A DNA stretch of 29,879 nucleotides from a virus (IMGVR_UViG_3300017903_001839:1-29879); one strand, 5' to 3'; positions 1 through 8,113 are shown, counted from the stretch's first letter. Numbers and translations: made by a program. The notes: a model not told the origin generated them from the letters alone.

Positions 1-120
1 GTGATATTTTTAGTGTTATCTGTAATAGCCACATACAGCATTACTCGACACCTAACGATACGAGATACAATAGATTTTTTAGAGGACAAGGGTTACTTGT
101 CTTTTGATGACGAAAAATAG
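1..120 (+). CDS. 3' end of a hypothetical small membrane protein (5'-truncated by window edge)
   Basis: Frame 1 is open from base 1 (VIFLVLSVIATYSITRHLTIRDTIDFLEDKGYLSFDDEK) to TAG 118-120; hydrophobic N-portion. Confidence 0.6.
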   Translation: MIFLVLSVIATYSITRHLTIRDTIDFLEDKGYLSFDDEK

Positions 121-152
121 TTCTTGACTTTGAGGTCAAAATCGTATATAAT
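113..152 (+). promoter_or_regulatory. Sigma70-type phage promoter P1 (hsp20)
   Basis: AAAAATAGTTC-TTGACT(124-129)-17 nt-TATAAT(147-152). Confidence 0.85.
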
Positions 153-156
153 AGGT

Positions 157-206
157 ATGTAAGTGATAGGTTTCACTTACATTTATGCGTTCACCGATAG
201 GGAACG
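157..206 (+). promoter_or_regulatory. Structured 5' UTR of hsp20 (two hairpins)
   Basis: Perfect 10-bp stem ATGTAAGTGA(157-166)/TCACTTACAT(173-182); second stem CGTTC-a-CC-gata-GG-GAACG (188-206). Confidence 0.6.
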
Positions 207-244
207 AGAGAATTTACTGAAAAGGAATTTTGGAGGAAAATACA

Positions 245-625
245 ATGAGTATAGATTTAAGTAAATTTTGGCTTGGATTGGATATGCCACAGTTACCAAG
301 TTACACAGAAACTGCATATCCTAGATATAATTTAATCGAAAGAGGTGGCAATTATCGAATAGAGGTTGCTGTGCCAGGTTGGAGTAAAAAAGAGTTAGAA
401 GTTGTTTATGACGATAACGAACTCTTTATCAAAGGGAAAAAGGAACATAAGCTACCTGAAGATGAAAGATTCATTCATCAGGGATTAAGTTTAAAATCTT
501 TTGAACGAAGATTTATTCTTAACGCTGACTTACAAGTAGACAATGTTAATCTACAAGACGGATTACTGACAATCACTCTGTCACGAACTCCAAATTCCAA
601 GAGAAAAGTCTTGGAGATTGAATGA
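245..625 (+). CDS. hsp20: Small heat shock protein Hsp20 (IbpA-like)
   Basis: YPRYNL, IEVAVPG, HQGLS..SFERRF, L.DGLLTI motifs of the alpha-crystallin domain; GGAGG SD at 232-236 favours ATG 245 over TTG 230. Confidence 0.93.
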   Translation: MSIDLSKFWLGLDMPQLPSYTETAYPRYNLIERGGNYRIEVAVPGWSKKELEVVYDDNELFIKGKKEHKLPEDERFIHQGLSLKSFERRFILNADLQVDNVNLQDGLLTITLSRTPNSKRKVLEIE

Positions 626-750
626 AAGATATGTTTAATTTAGTTCGTGATAGTATAGAGGGCACTGAGTTTGCCACAGTAGTAGGCAATATAGTTCTAT
701 TAAGTTTTGCTAGTAGCACAATGATAGTAGGAATAGGTGGAATCCTTTAG
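622..750 (+). CDS. Hypothetical 42-aa membrane peptide (not in ORF track)
   Basis: ATGA overlap with hsp20 stop; MKDMFNLVRDSIEGTEFATVVGNIVLLSFASSTMIVGIGGIL*, hydrophobic C-half; ends just before terminator. Confidence 0.6.
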   Translation: MKDMFNLVRDSIEGTEFATVVGNIVLLSFASSTMIVGIGGIL

Positions 751-764
751 ACTGTCAAGTTTTC

Positions 765-799
765 GGGGAGTGTTTCTCACGAGTGAAAACTCCCTTTTT
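765..799 (+). terminator. Rho-independent terminator-like hairpin after hsp20 unit
   Basis: GGGAGT(766-771)...ACTCCC(789-794) followed by TTTTT. Confidence 0.7.
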
Positions 800-803
800 A
801 ATT

Positions 804-1253
804 ATGAATACATCAAAAGAAGGAATTAAGTTAATAAAACATTTTGAAGGGTTTGAAGCAAATGCTTACAAATGTCCTGCAGGTGTTTGGACTATTGGTT
901 ACGGACATACAAAAGATGTGGCTGAAGGTGACGAATGGTCTGAAGCTCATGCTTCTCATATGTTAGAAGTAGAGTTAGAAGAATTTGAAAGATATATTCA
1001 CGACTGTGTAGAAGTTGAATTAACACAGTATCAATTTGACGCACTAGTTGCATGGATTTATAACTTAGGAGTAGGCAACTTTAAGAGTTCTACTTTATTA
1101 AAAGTATTAAATTCAGGCGACTACGATGCCGTCCCCGAACAAATAGAAAGATGGAACAAAGCAGGAGGAGTTGTCTTAAAAGGATTAGTCCGAAGACGAG
1201 CTGCTGAATCGCTTATGTTTCAAGGAAATGACTGGAGTAAATATGCTGGATAG
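804..1253 (+). CDS. Endolysin, GH24 phage lysozyme
   Basis: FEG...AYKCPAGVWTIGYGHT (E-x8-C-x5-T triad), QFDALV..YNLG, GLVRRRAAE; ATG 804 preferred since GTG 783 lies inside the hairpin. Confidence 0.93.
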   Translation: MNTSKEGIKLIKHFEGFEANAYKCPAGVWTIGYGHTKDVAEGDEWSEAHASHMLEVELEEFERYIHDCVEVELTQYQFDALVAWIYNLGVGNFKSSTLLKVLNSGDYDAVPEQIERWNKAGGVVLKGLVRRRAAESLMFQGNDWSKYAG

Positions 1254-1395
1254 TTTTATAGCTTGGCATAGACAGTATCTAAACGACCTAAAAAAGAAAC
1301 AGGGTTGGTCTGTATACAAAATGTATATAATGTGTGGACTAGCTGGTATGGTTAAAGGTATTGTTCTAATGTTAATATTATGTATAAGTTTTTAG
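1243..1395 (+). CDS. Hypothetical 50-aa membrane protein, holin candidate (not in ORF track)
   Basis: MLDSFIAWHRQYLNDLKKKQGWSVYKMYIMCGLAGMVKGIVLMLILCISF*; fills the gap between lysozyme and spanin, overlapping both. Confidence 0.55.
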   Translation: MLDSFIAWHRQYLNDLKKKQGWSVYKMYIMCGLAGMVKGIVLMLILCISF

Positions 1396-1784
1396 TAGGA
1401 ATTATTGTTGCTTTGGGACTTTTTTCTTACTACCTTTGGAATGAAAATCAAAGACTAGTAGGAAATGTAAAGAGTTTAGAAGTAGCAGTTGCAGTTGCAG
1501 ACGAAACAATAGCTTCGTTAGAGAATGATTTTGCCCTACAAACTGGAGCGATGAACGAGCTACAACAAGCAGCGCAAGAGATTCAACTAGAAATGAATCG
1601 TTATTTAGATATATTTAGAAGGCATAACTTAACAAAGTTAGCCGCAGCAAAGCCTGGACTAATAGAAACCAGAGCTAACAAAGCAACAAAAGAGGTATTC
1701 GATGGAATTGAAGAAGATAGTCGTGATATTGACAGTGCTGATGATGAGTTACTCGTGCAGCCTGTTTCAGAAACCGACAGTTGA
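1380..1784 (+). CDS. Inner-membrane spanin (Rz-like)
   Basis: N-terminal TM helix followed by long coiled coil; downstream of endolysin; overlapped by a lipoprotein gene. Confidence 0.75.
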   Translation: MYKFLVGIIVALGLFSYYLWNENQRLVGNVKSLEVAVAVADETIASLENDFALQTGAMNELQQAAQEIQLEMNRYLDIFRRHNLTKLAAAKPGLIETRANKATKEVFDGIEEDSRDIDSADDELLVQPVSETDS

Positions 1785-1998
1785 AGTCAAGGCTAAACCA
1801 ATAAAAAGGCAAATAGCCCAACCTGTTTTACCTCGAGAGTTAGATTTAAAAGAACCATATTGGTATGTGGTTAGTGATAAAAACTTAGAAGAGTTCCTAG
1901 CAAGAGTAGAAAAAGACCAAGGTCAAGTAGTATTTTTTGCTATGTCTGTACCTGATTACGAACTGATGGCATATAATATGCAAGAGTCAAAACGATAG
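1702..1998 (+). CDS. Outer-membrane spanin lipoprotein (Rz1-like); possibly extends through TAG to 2076
   Basis: Signal peptide MELKKIVVILTVLMMSYS-C19 lipobox, Pro-rich segment, overlaps 3' end of i-spanin in another frame. Confidence 0.72.
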   Translation: MELKKIVVILTVLMMSYSCSLFQKPTVEVKAKPIKRQIAQPVLPRELDLKEPYWYVVSDKNLEEFLARVEKDQGQVVFFAMSVPDYELMAYNMQESKR

Positions 1999-2047
1999 AT
2001 TCGTGAACTCAAAGAGGTAGTAGTTTACTATCGAGTGGTTACAACAG

Positions 2048-2647
2048 ATGATACAAGGCTTGAAGATAAAGAATAGAAACTTAATGTCTGCTTTAGATAG
2101 ATTAGCAGAAAATCATTATAAAATGAATTTGCTCTATAAAAAGCAACCAGAAGCTGATGTAAGTCTGGCTACATTAAGAACATTAAAAGCAGAAGATAAT
2201 CCAAAGATACAAAAAACAAATAGCCACGATTTTACCAACAGGTTTATAAGTCGAGATCAAAAGTACTTTTACAAAATATTTTTAGGTTTATTTAACAGAA
2301 ACAATAACACTAGCTGGTGGATAGATGAAATGTCAGTACAACCACCTGCGTGGGGTTGGACTAGCTGGAACAATAATAAGAATAAACCAAAGAGATTTTT
2401 TAGATTTATACATAACGCAGGAGAAGGATATTCTCAAATGGTGTTTGATGGTAAGTGGAAAAAGATACCAGACCAACATTCAGTTTATAACAAAGACTGG
2501 ACTTGTTTATATGGGGTAATGGATGGAGAGCAGTGGTTTTCTGATAGAAATTTAGGAAATACACCAAGATTTGTAGTAGAAATAGCAATAGAAAACGATC
2601 AATATGATAAATTCAATATTGCAAAGGAGTTAATAAATAATGTTTAA
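2048..2647 (+). CDS. Hypothetical protein, possible degenerate 2OG-Fe(II)/cupin-fold oxygenase
   Basis: PPAWGWTSWNNN...G.GY...KKIPD...W.C...R pattern resembles phage YPPGG-x-GWH-xN oxygenase-like proteins but lacks the His ligands. Confidence 0.4.
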   Translation: MIQGLKIKNRNLMSALDRLAENHYKMNLLYKKQPEADVSLATLRTLKAEDNPKIQKTNSHDFTNRFISRDQKYFYKIFLGLFNRNNNTSWWIDEMSVQPPAWGWTSWNNNKNKPKRFFRFIHNAGEGYSQMVFDGKWKKIPDQHSVYNKDWTCLYGVMDGEQWFSDRNLGNTPRFVVEIAIENDQYDKFNIAKELINNV

Positions 2648-2891
2648 ATTTTTAAAAATGCTTCTTTGGAGAAATCAAATGCAATCTCACGCAGATTGGT
2701 TTGAAAAACATGAACCAGCACAAGATAGGTTTGAAGAAAATGAAGATTGGTTAGAAGAATTAGAAGATAGAGTGGTACACTTAGAAGAGTGGAGCCACAA
2801 ACCAAAAGGACTAGAGGATTTAGAAGGATTCAAAGACCTTAATAAAAGATTAGAACAACTAGAGGAAATAATTGGAAGAAGAACCGAGTAG
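2640..2891 (+). CDS. Hypothetical acidic coiled-coil protein
   Basis: 83-aa ORF overlapping neighbours; heptad pattern LEELEDRV..LE / LNKRLEQLEE. Confidence 0.7.
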   Translation: MFKFLKMLLWRNQMQSHADWFEKHEPAQDRFEENEDWLEELEDRVVHLEEWSHKPKGLEDLEGFKDLNKRLEQLEEIIGRRTE

Positions 2892-3330
2892 GTTAATAGC
2901 AAATAACATACAACCAGTAACAGCGTTTTTACATAAAAACGAGGAATTACAACAATCTACTTTTCAACCAATAGAAGTATTAATTACATTAATACAATCT
3001 TCTGTTCCACACCCAAACAGTAATAAAGAATACAAACTAGTAGAGAAATCTATTATAGAACAAGGATTACAAGACCCTGTAATTGTAGTTCCAAACACAT
3101 CTGCAAACTTTTCAGCATGTGTAAAAAATGTAAAAGGTGCAGCAGTAAAAAGACTGCAAACAAAACCACTACTTGCATATACAGGAAATCAGCGTTTAGA
3201 CATCGCTAGGAAGTTAAAATATGATACCATATCAGTTATAATTGCCGAAGATGTTTACTGGGCGCACTCTTATCAATTAACTATACAAAAAGGAATAATT
3301 AATCATGTATTGGAAACCCCCACATCCTGA
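2872..3330 (+). CDS. ParB/Sulfiredoxin-like N-terminal domain protein
   Basis: SIIEQGLQDPVIV and GNQRL..A..L motifs typical of the ParB-N fold. Confidence 0.65.
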   Translation: MEEEPSRLIANNIQPVTAFLHKNEELQQSTFQPIEVLITLIQSSVPHPNSNKEYKLVEKSIIEQGLQDPVIVVPNTSANFSACVKNVKGAAVKRLQTKPLLAYTGNQRLDIARKLKYDTISVIIAEDVYWAHSYQLTIQKGIINHVLETPTS

Positions 3331-3850
3331 TAGAATATTGGATGTAAATAAAGTAGACCTTCCCGTAAAAGACATTTTTAAAGAAGCTGCAACACTAAAT
3401 ATTAGTCAGCATGATCCAGACTTTCCTTGGTGTGATAGTTTTCTAATTTATCGTAAAAGGTCATCAAGTCCAACTTACGATACTTCTTTTCCTCCATGGT
3501 GGGAAAACAAACACAGTGCATTAAAAGCAGTAGAGCAATTTGGCAAAAGATTTGGTTATAAATCATGTAGACAAATAATGATAAACCATTGGACTGAAAA
3601 ATCAATTATGGTTCCTAGAAAAGTTTGTTGTCTAAATTTTGTACTATCAGGTACAGGAAGAGTGGCTACAAATAAAGAACAAAAAGGACTAATACATCAA
3701 ATAGAATTAAATTATTTTGCTTCAAAGCATAGTGTAAATGTAAATGAGTTGTCATCAGGTAGAGGAATGGCAACTGGAAATAAATGGTGGCATATGGTAC
3801 AAGCAGACCCAGGCTCTACAACATTACATATTTGGTATGAACCGAACTAA
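3305..3850 (+). CDS. Hypothetical protein, possible cupin/DSBH fold
   Basis: CCLNFVL...WWHMV...TLHIW beta-strand pattern as in phage oxygenase-like proteins; weak. Confidence 0.4.
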   Translation: MYWKPPHPDRILDVNKVDLPVKDIFKEAATLNISQHDPDFPWCDSFLIYRKRSSSPTYDTSFPPWWENKHSALKAVEQFGKRFGYKSCRQIMINHWTEKSIMVPRKVCCLNFVLSGTGRVATNKEQKGLIHQIELNYFASKHSVNVNELSSGRGMATGNKWWHMVQADPGSTTLHIWYEPN

Positions 3851-4637
3851 CGAAACAGTATATTTATTTGTAGGAACAAGCGAAACAGAAGATAAAATCG
3901 CAGAAGATGTATATGAGTACACTCTAAGAAAAAATTGTTCCCAACCTTTAGAAATTATTTGGATGCGTCCTAGTAATATGGGGTTTGATAACATGAATGG
4001 ATTTGGAACTCCATTCACTCTTTTTAGATACTGTGTACCTGCTATGATGGGTTGGAAAGGCAGAGCGATCTATACTGATTGTGATATGCTAAACCTTAGA
4101 GATATAGCTGACTTATTTAATACCGATTTAGAAGGTAAAGCATTTGGACTTACATATGATGCACTTCACGACAATGGAGCAGCTTGTAAAGCTATGGGCT
4201 TTACTAAAGGTTTTTTTATGGATAGTGTAATGCTATTTGATTGTGAAAAAGCAAAAGAGTATTTACACGATATAGATGTTATAAAACGATGGAAGGGAGA
4301 TGGAATTTATAAATGGGAGTTTCTAAGAAACATTGGATTACCAGACATGGAAGAAGCAAAGAAACATGTAAAATGGTTAGATTATAGATGGAATGTTTGC
4401 GATGGAGCCAACGCAGAAAAGTATGACGATCCTGATTATGATTGGAAATTGGGAGGTAAAGCTGAATGGAGTAAAAAGACTTTAGTTCCTCTTGAAGAAT
4501 GTTGGCAAATACATTACACCGCATTAAGTTATCAACCTTGGCATCCACGATATAGTCCATGGAGTAAAGCCGCATACAGGGATTATGAGTATGCAAAGGC
4601 TTGGTGGGATGTTGCAAGAATAGTAGGTAAACGATGA
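3837..4637 (+). CDS. Glycosyltransferase (GT-A fold, GT8-like)
   Basis: TPFTLFRY..P...G.AIYTDCDM (DxD), SVMLFDC, WN..D, IHYT....PW. Confidence 0.8.
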   Translation: MNRTNETVYLFVGTSETEDKIAEDVYEYTLRKNCSQPLEIIWMRPSNMGFDNMNGFGTPFTLFRYCVPAMMGWKGRAIYTDCDMLNLRDIADLFNTDLEGKAFGLTYDALHDNGAACKAMGFTKGFFMDSVMLFDCEKAKEYLHDIDVIKRWKGDGIYKWEFLRNIGLPDMEEAKKHVKWLDYRWNVCDGANAEKYDDPDYDWKLGGKAEWSKKTLVPLEECWQIHYTALSYQPWHPRYSPWSKAAYRDYEYAKAWWDVARIVGKR

Positions 4638-5347
4638 TTTATAGTTTTGAAAATTTACTAAAACCAATAGGTGGTTTGGAAACATTCGAAAAAGAGTACA
4701 GAGATAAAAGTAAATTTATCATTAAAGGAAATAAAGGAAAGTTTGCAGATCATTTTAGTTTTAATCAACTAGATAATTATTTGAATCAAGTATGGGATGA
4801 TAAAGATGAAAAAAATAGAGCAAAAGCCCTACAAGTAATATTTCCAAACGGTTCCAGATGGTGTAGAAAGAAATCAAAAGTTAAATATACAAGAGAAAAT
4901 TTAAAAACTTTCTGGGATAATGGTTGTACTTTTGTAATCCCAATCATGCAACAACTAAACAGAGTAATGTGGAATCAAGTAGACGAATTTGAAAAATATT
5001 GGGGTGTAGGACAAGCAAACATTTACACTAGCAAGAAAAAAGACGCGTATTGTTTTCCAATTCACGCAGATTCAACAGACAATTTTTTATTCCATGTAGA
5101 TGGAAAAATAAGGTGGCATCTTTATAAAGAAACAAAAATGGATTTAGGTAAAGCCTATCCTGACGAAAGCGAAGTCACCTTAGAAGATATAGTCGAATTA
5201 GATGCTGGTGATTTATTATATTTGCCAATAGGTAAATTTCATAAAGCCGAGCCTCTTGAAGCCAGAATATCCATAAGTTATCATTTTAATAAAGGAAAAC
5301 CTAATAAATACCCTTACAGAAGGGAGTGGATAAACTGGATGCCATAG
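4634..5347 (+). CDS. JmjC/cupin-4 2OG-Fe(II) oxygenase (YcfD/ROXA-like)
   Basis: ANIY, F..HADSTDNF..H..GK.RW, L.AGDLLYLP.G.FH (HxD...H triad). Confidence 0.85.
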   Translation: MIYSFENLLKPIGGLETFEKEYRDKSKFIIKGNKGKFADHFSFNQLDNYLNQVWDDKDEKNRAKALQVIFPNGSRWCRKKSKVKYTRENLKTFWDNGCTFVIPIMQQLNRVMWNQVDEFEKYWGVGQANIYTSKKKDAYCFPIHADSTDNFLFHVDGKIRWHLYKETKMDLGKAYPDESEVTLEDIVELDAGDLLYLPIGKFHKAEPLEARISISYHFNKGKPNKYPYRREWINWMP

Positions 5348-5355
5348 GAGAGTCT

Positions 5356-5718
5356 ATGGAAGAAAATAGAAACGAAGTCAATATTGACCTCGATAAATAT
5401 ATGAGTTTAGTTGAAAAACTAGACAGTGCTGAAGATACTATTTCTGCTCTAAAGGCAGAAGCCGAAGCAGCTAAAAAACAATTAGCTCCACCAAAAAGAA
5501 AATTTATTGATTTGTTTTTAGATGACAATGATGTAAATGAAAAAGCAATTATAGGGTTTATATCTTTCTTCTTTATGATAGTTTTTGCTATCTGTGATCT
5601 GGTTACAGCATTTGCAGGGCAAGAACTTGTAATAGACGATACGATATATACTTCTTTAGTTGTGGTAACATTGGGAGCATTTGGTATTAGCGAAGCTGGT
5701 AAGGCATTTGGAAAATAG
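5356..5718 (+). CDS. Membrane protein with N-terminal coiled coil and two C-terminal TM helices
   Basis: AGGAG SD before ATG 5356; hydrophobic AIIGFISFFFMIVFAIC and SLVVVTLGAFGIS. Confidence 0.7.
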   Translation: MEENRNEVNIDLDKYMSLVEKLDSAEDTISALKAEAEAAKKQLAPPKRKFIDLFLDDNDVNEKAIIGFISFFFMIVFAICDLVTAFAGQELVIDDTIYTSLVVVTLGAFGISEAGKAFGK

Positions 5719-5750
5719 TTCTTGACAACAGTAAAAAATTTTCGTATAAT
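5712..5750 (+). promoter_or_regulatory. Sigma70-type promoter P2
   Basis: AAAATAGTTC-TTGACA(5722-5727)-17 nt-TATAAT(5745-5750), perfect consensus. Confidence 0.9.
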
Positions 5751-5756
5751 ATATCT

Positions 5757-6356
5757 ATGAATTTATTTTACCTAGACGAAGATTTTGACAAATGTGCGGA
5801 GTTTCATGTAGACAAACACATTGTAAAAATGCCACTCGAAGCAGCTCAGCTTTTATGCACTGCTATCTGGGTGGATGAAGTCCTTGGTTTTGTGCCTCGT
5901 GCATTAAACAAAGAAGAAAGTAAAATATTAAATGAAGAAAAGGCAAAGATTAAACACTTGCCTTTAGAGGAAAGACCCCTTACTCCATACTTACCAATGA
6001 TGTATAATCATCCTTGTACTATATGGACTAGGTCGAGTCTTGATAACTTTGAATGGGTGCATTGTTATGCAAATGCACTTAATGACGAGTATCATTACAG
6101 ATATGGCAAACTGCATAAGTCTGTCATGGAAGTAATTAATAAACTGCCCGAGCCAAAGAATATGAAAAGGCTAGGGCAAACCCCTTTCGGTATGGCTATG
6201 CCTGACGACTTAAAGGATGAGAATGATGTGGTAGGAAGTTATCGCTTATATTATCATACTGACAAAGCAACTTTTGCGAAGTGGTCGCACAGGGATAAGC
6301 CATATTGGTGGGATGAAGGATTAGCGTGGTATGATGAAAGAATTACAGCAAGGTGA
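5757..6356 (+). CDS. Pyrimidine-dimer DNA glycosylase / endonuclease V-superfamily protein
   Basis: MNLFYLD...DKHIVKMPLEAAQLL, NHPCTIW, EY..RYGK.H, AMPD..K..D.V.SYR.YY motifs. Confidence 0.75.
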   Translation: MNLFYLDEDFDKCAEFHVDKHIVKMPLEAAQLLCTAIWVDEVLGFVPRALNKEESKILNEEKAKIKHLPLEERPLTPYLPMMYNHPCTIWTRSSLDNFEWVHCYANALNDEYHYRYGKLHKSVMEVINKLPEPKNMKRLGQTPFGMAMPDDLKDENDVVGSYRLYYHTDKATFAKWSHRDKPYWWDEGLAWYDERITAR

Positions 6357-6546
6357 AGTAGTCGGAGTAGCCTCCGAGAATGTGTCTATAATCTCTCAAG
6401 CAGAGGCTTTAAGACACAATTTAACCAAACAAAAAGAAGTTTTAGAACAAGAGATAGACCTTCTTGAAGGACAGTTATCTAAAAAGAAAGAGTATCTGGC
6501 AAAAATAGAAGGTGGATTAGAAGTAATAGACGAATTGAAAAGATGA
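6331..6546 (+). CDS. Hypothetical coiled-coil protein
   Basis: 71-aa ORF, heptad repeats, ATGA overlap with next gene. Confidence 0.6.
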   Translation: MMKELQQGEVVGVASENVSIISQAEALRHNLTKQKEVLEQEIDLLEGQLSKKKEYLAKIEGGLEVIDELKR

Positions 6547-7223
6547 TAACAATTATAGATGACTATTACCCAAATCCAGATGAGATAAGAAAACAAGCCT
6601 TAAAACTGTATTTCTTTCCAGGCTCTAAAGGAAGAAGAAATTTTTTTGCAGGTCGTAGAACAAAGCAAGGATTAGGTAAAGATAATTTTATATATAATAA
6701 AAATAGATTTAGTCAAATACTTGGTAAAAAAATTGTTACTTTTCCAACAAGTGGTTATGTCCTAAAAGACGAAGAACCAGTATTTACTTCTACAAGCAAC
6801 GGACAATTCACTCTAGGATTAGATACAGATGTAGTAAGAAATTGGGTTCACCACGATGAGGCTGCAGGTAATCAATATAGAGCAGAAGAATTAGATGCAG
6901 AAGGATATGCTGGAGTCATATACTTAACACCTAATCCTGAACTAAGAGCAGGTACAGGTTTATTTAGAAATGTAGAGTTAGGAACAAATCAAAAACCACT
7001 TCCTCAGTTTATTTGTAACTCAGGTGGATTTAAGGAAGAATGGCAAGTAGACGATTCTGCATACAGACCACACACATGGATAGGGAATGTATATAATCGA
7101 TGTATTCTTTATCCTCAAAAATATTTTCATGCTCCATTCAAGGCGGAGTTTGGAACAGATAAACGAACAGGACGCTTGATTCAAGTGTTCTTTTTTCATG
7201 TGGAGAAAGATGCCAAAGTTTAA
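6543..7223 (+). CDS. 2OG-Fe(II) oxygenase-like protein (DUF6445-like)
   Basis: IIDDYYPNPDEIR, WVHHD, AGVIYLTP...GT, NVYNRCILY...FH, RLIQVFF. Confidence 0.75.
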   Translation: MITIIDDYYPNPDEIRKQALKLYFFPGSKGRRNFFAGRRTKQGLGKDNFIYNKNRFSQILGKKIVTFPTSGYVLKDEEPVFTSTSNGQFTLGLDTDVVRNWVHHDEAAGNQYRAEELDAEGYAGVIYLTPNPELRAGTGLFRNVELGTNQKPLPQFICNSGGFKEEWQVDDSAYRPHTWIGNVYNRCILYPQKYFHAPFKAEFGTDKRTGRLIQVFFFHVEKDAKV

Positions 7224-7500
7224 ATTTAATGAAGAAGATGGTTTAACTTTATTAACAAACCATATTATTAGAAGCTATGATAAACATTATAGCATGAATA
7301 AAATACAATCAACAGAATTCATATTTGATTCAGGTCATGGAGAAGGGTTTTGCTTAGGAAATATCATAAAGTACGCACAACGATATGGCAAGAAAGATGG
7401 AAAGAATGTTGATGATTTACTGAAAATAGCGCATTACGCAATTATAATGATAGGGGACGAAATTGAGAAAGAAAAATTACGAAAAGCTAACGAAAGTTAA
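7210..7500 (+). CDS. DUF3310-like / T7 gp1.7-like nucleotide kinase family protein
   Basis: HY, GFCLGNIIKYAQRYGKKDG...DLLKI.HY; GGAG SD before ATG 7210. Confidence 0.7.
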   Translation: MPKFKFNEEDGLTLLTNHIIRSYDKHYSMNKIQSTEFIFDSGHGEGFCLGNIIKYAQRYGKKDGKNVDDLLKIAHYAIIMIGDEIEKEKLRKANES

Positions 7501-8113
7501 TATAGCAAAAGTAATCAGTTTATTGGAACAAGAAAAACCAATAACAAAGAAAGAGGCTTGTGAAATACTAAATATAAATTACAACACCACAAGGCTCAAC
7601 AATATTATACAAGACTACAAAGAAGATGAAGCAAGAACTGCTAGATTCAAGGCTGAGAAAAAAGGAAAACCAGCAACTAAAGATGAAATAAAAGCAGCGG
7701 TTCAAAGTTATATCTCTGGAGAAACTATATCTGATATAGCGTCAGGTATGTATCGTTCTCCAGCATTTGTAAAGGCAATTATAGAAAGAGTAGGTGTACC
7801 AATGAAACACAGCTCTGAAGAATATAATTGGAAGGAAGTGATGCTACCAGAACAATGTGTATCTGACAAATTTGAAGTTGGAGAAGTTGTGTGGTGTTTG
7901 AGAGAAAACTGTCCTGCAATAATACAAGAAGAGTGGAATCACCCTGAAGGGGATTTTGGTTATCTAATGTATACAATTGAGTGTACTGATTTATCAGAAA
8001 CTCTGTTTCCACACTTAGAATTTGCAGGTAGGTATGTAAATGCTCGAGCCCATAACATAGGTTGCTTGAGACACTTAGAAGAATATGGAGTTAACCTACG
8101 AAACTTTTATTGA
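7463..8113 (+). CDS. D2: T5 D2-like DNA-binding protein
   Basis: TKKEACEILNI..NTTRL, Y..G..ISDIA...YRS..FVK.IIE..G; position upstream of D3 as in T5. Confidence 0.78.
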   Translation: MRKKNYEKLTKVNIAKVISLLEQEKPITKKEACEILNINYNTTRLNNIIQDYKEDEARTARFKAEKKGKPATKDEIKAAVQSYISGETISDIASGMYRSPAFVKAIIERVGVPMKHSSEEYNWKEVMLPEQCVSDKFEVGEVVWCLRENCPAIIQEEWNHPEGDFGYLMYTIECTDLSETLFPHLEFAGRYVNARAHNIGCLRHLEEYGVNLRNFY

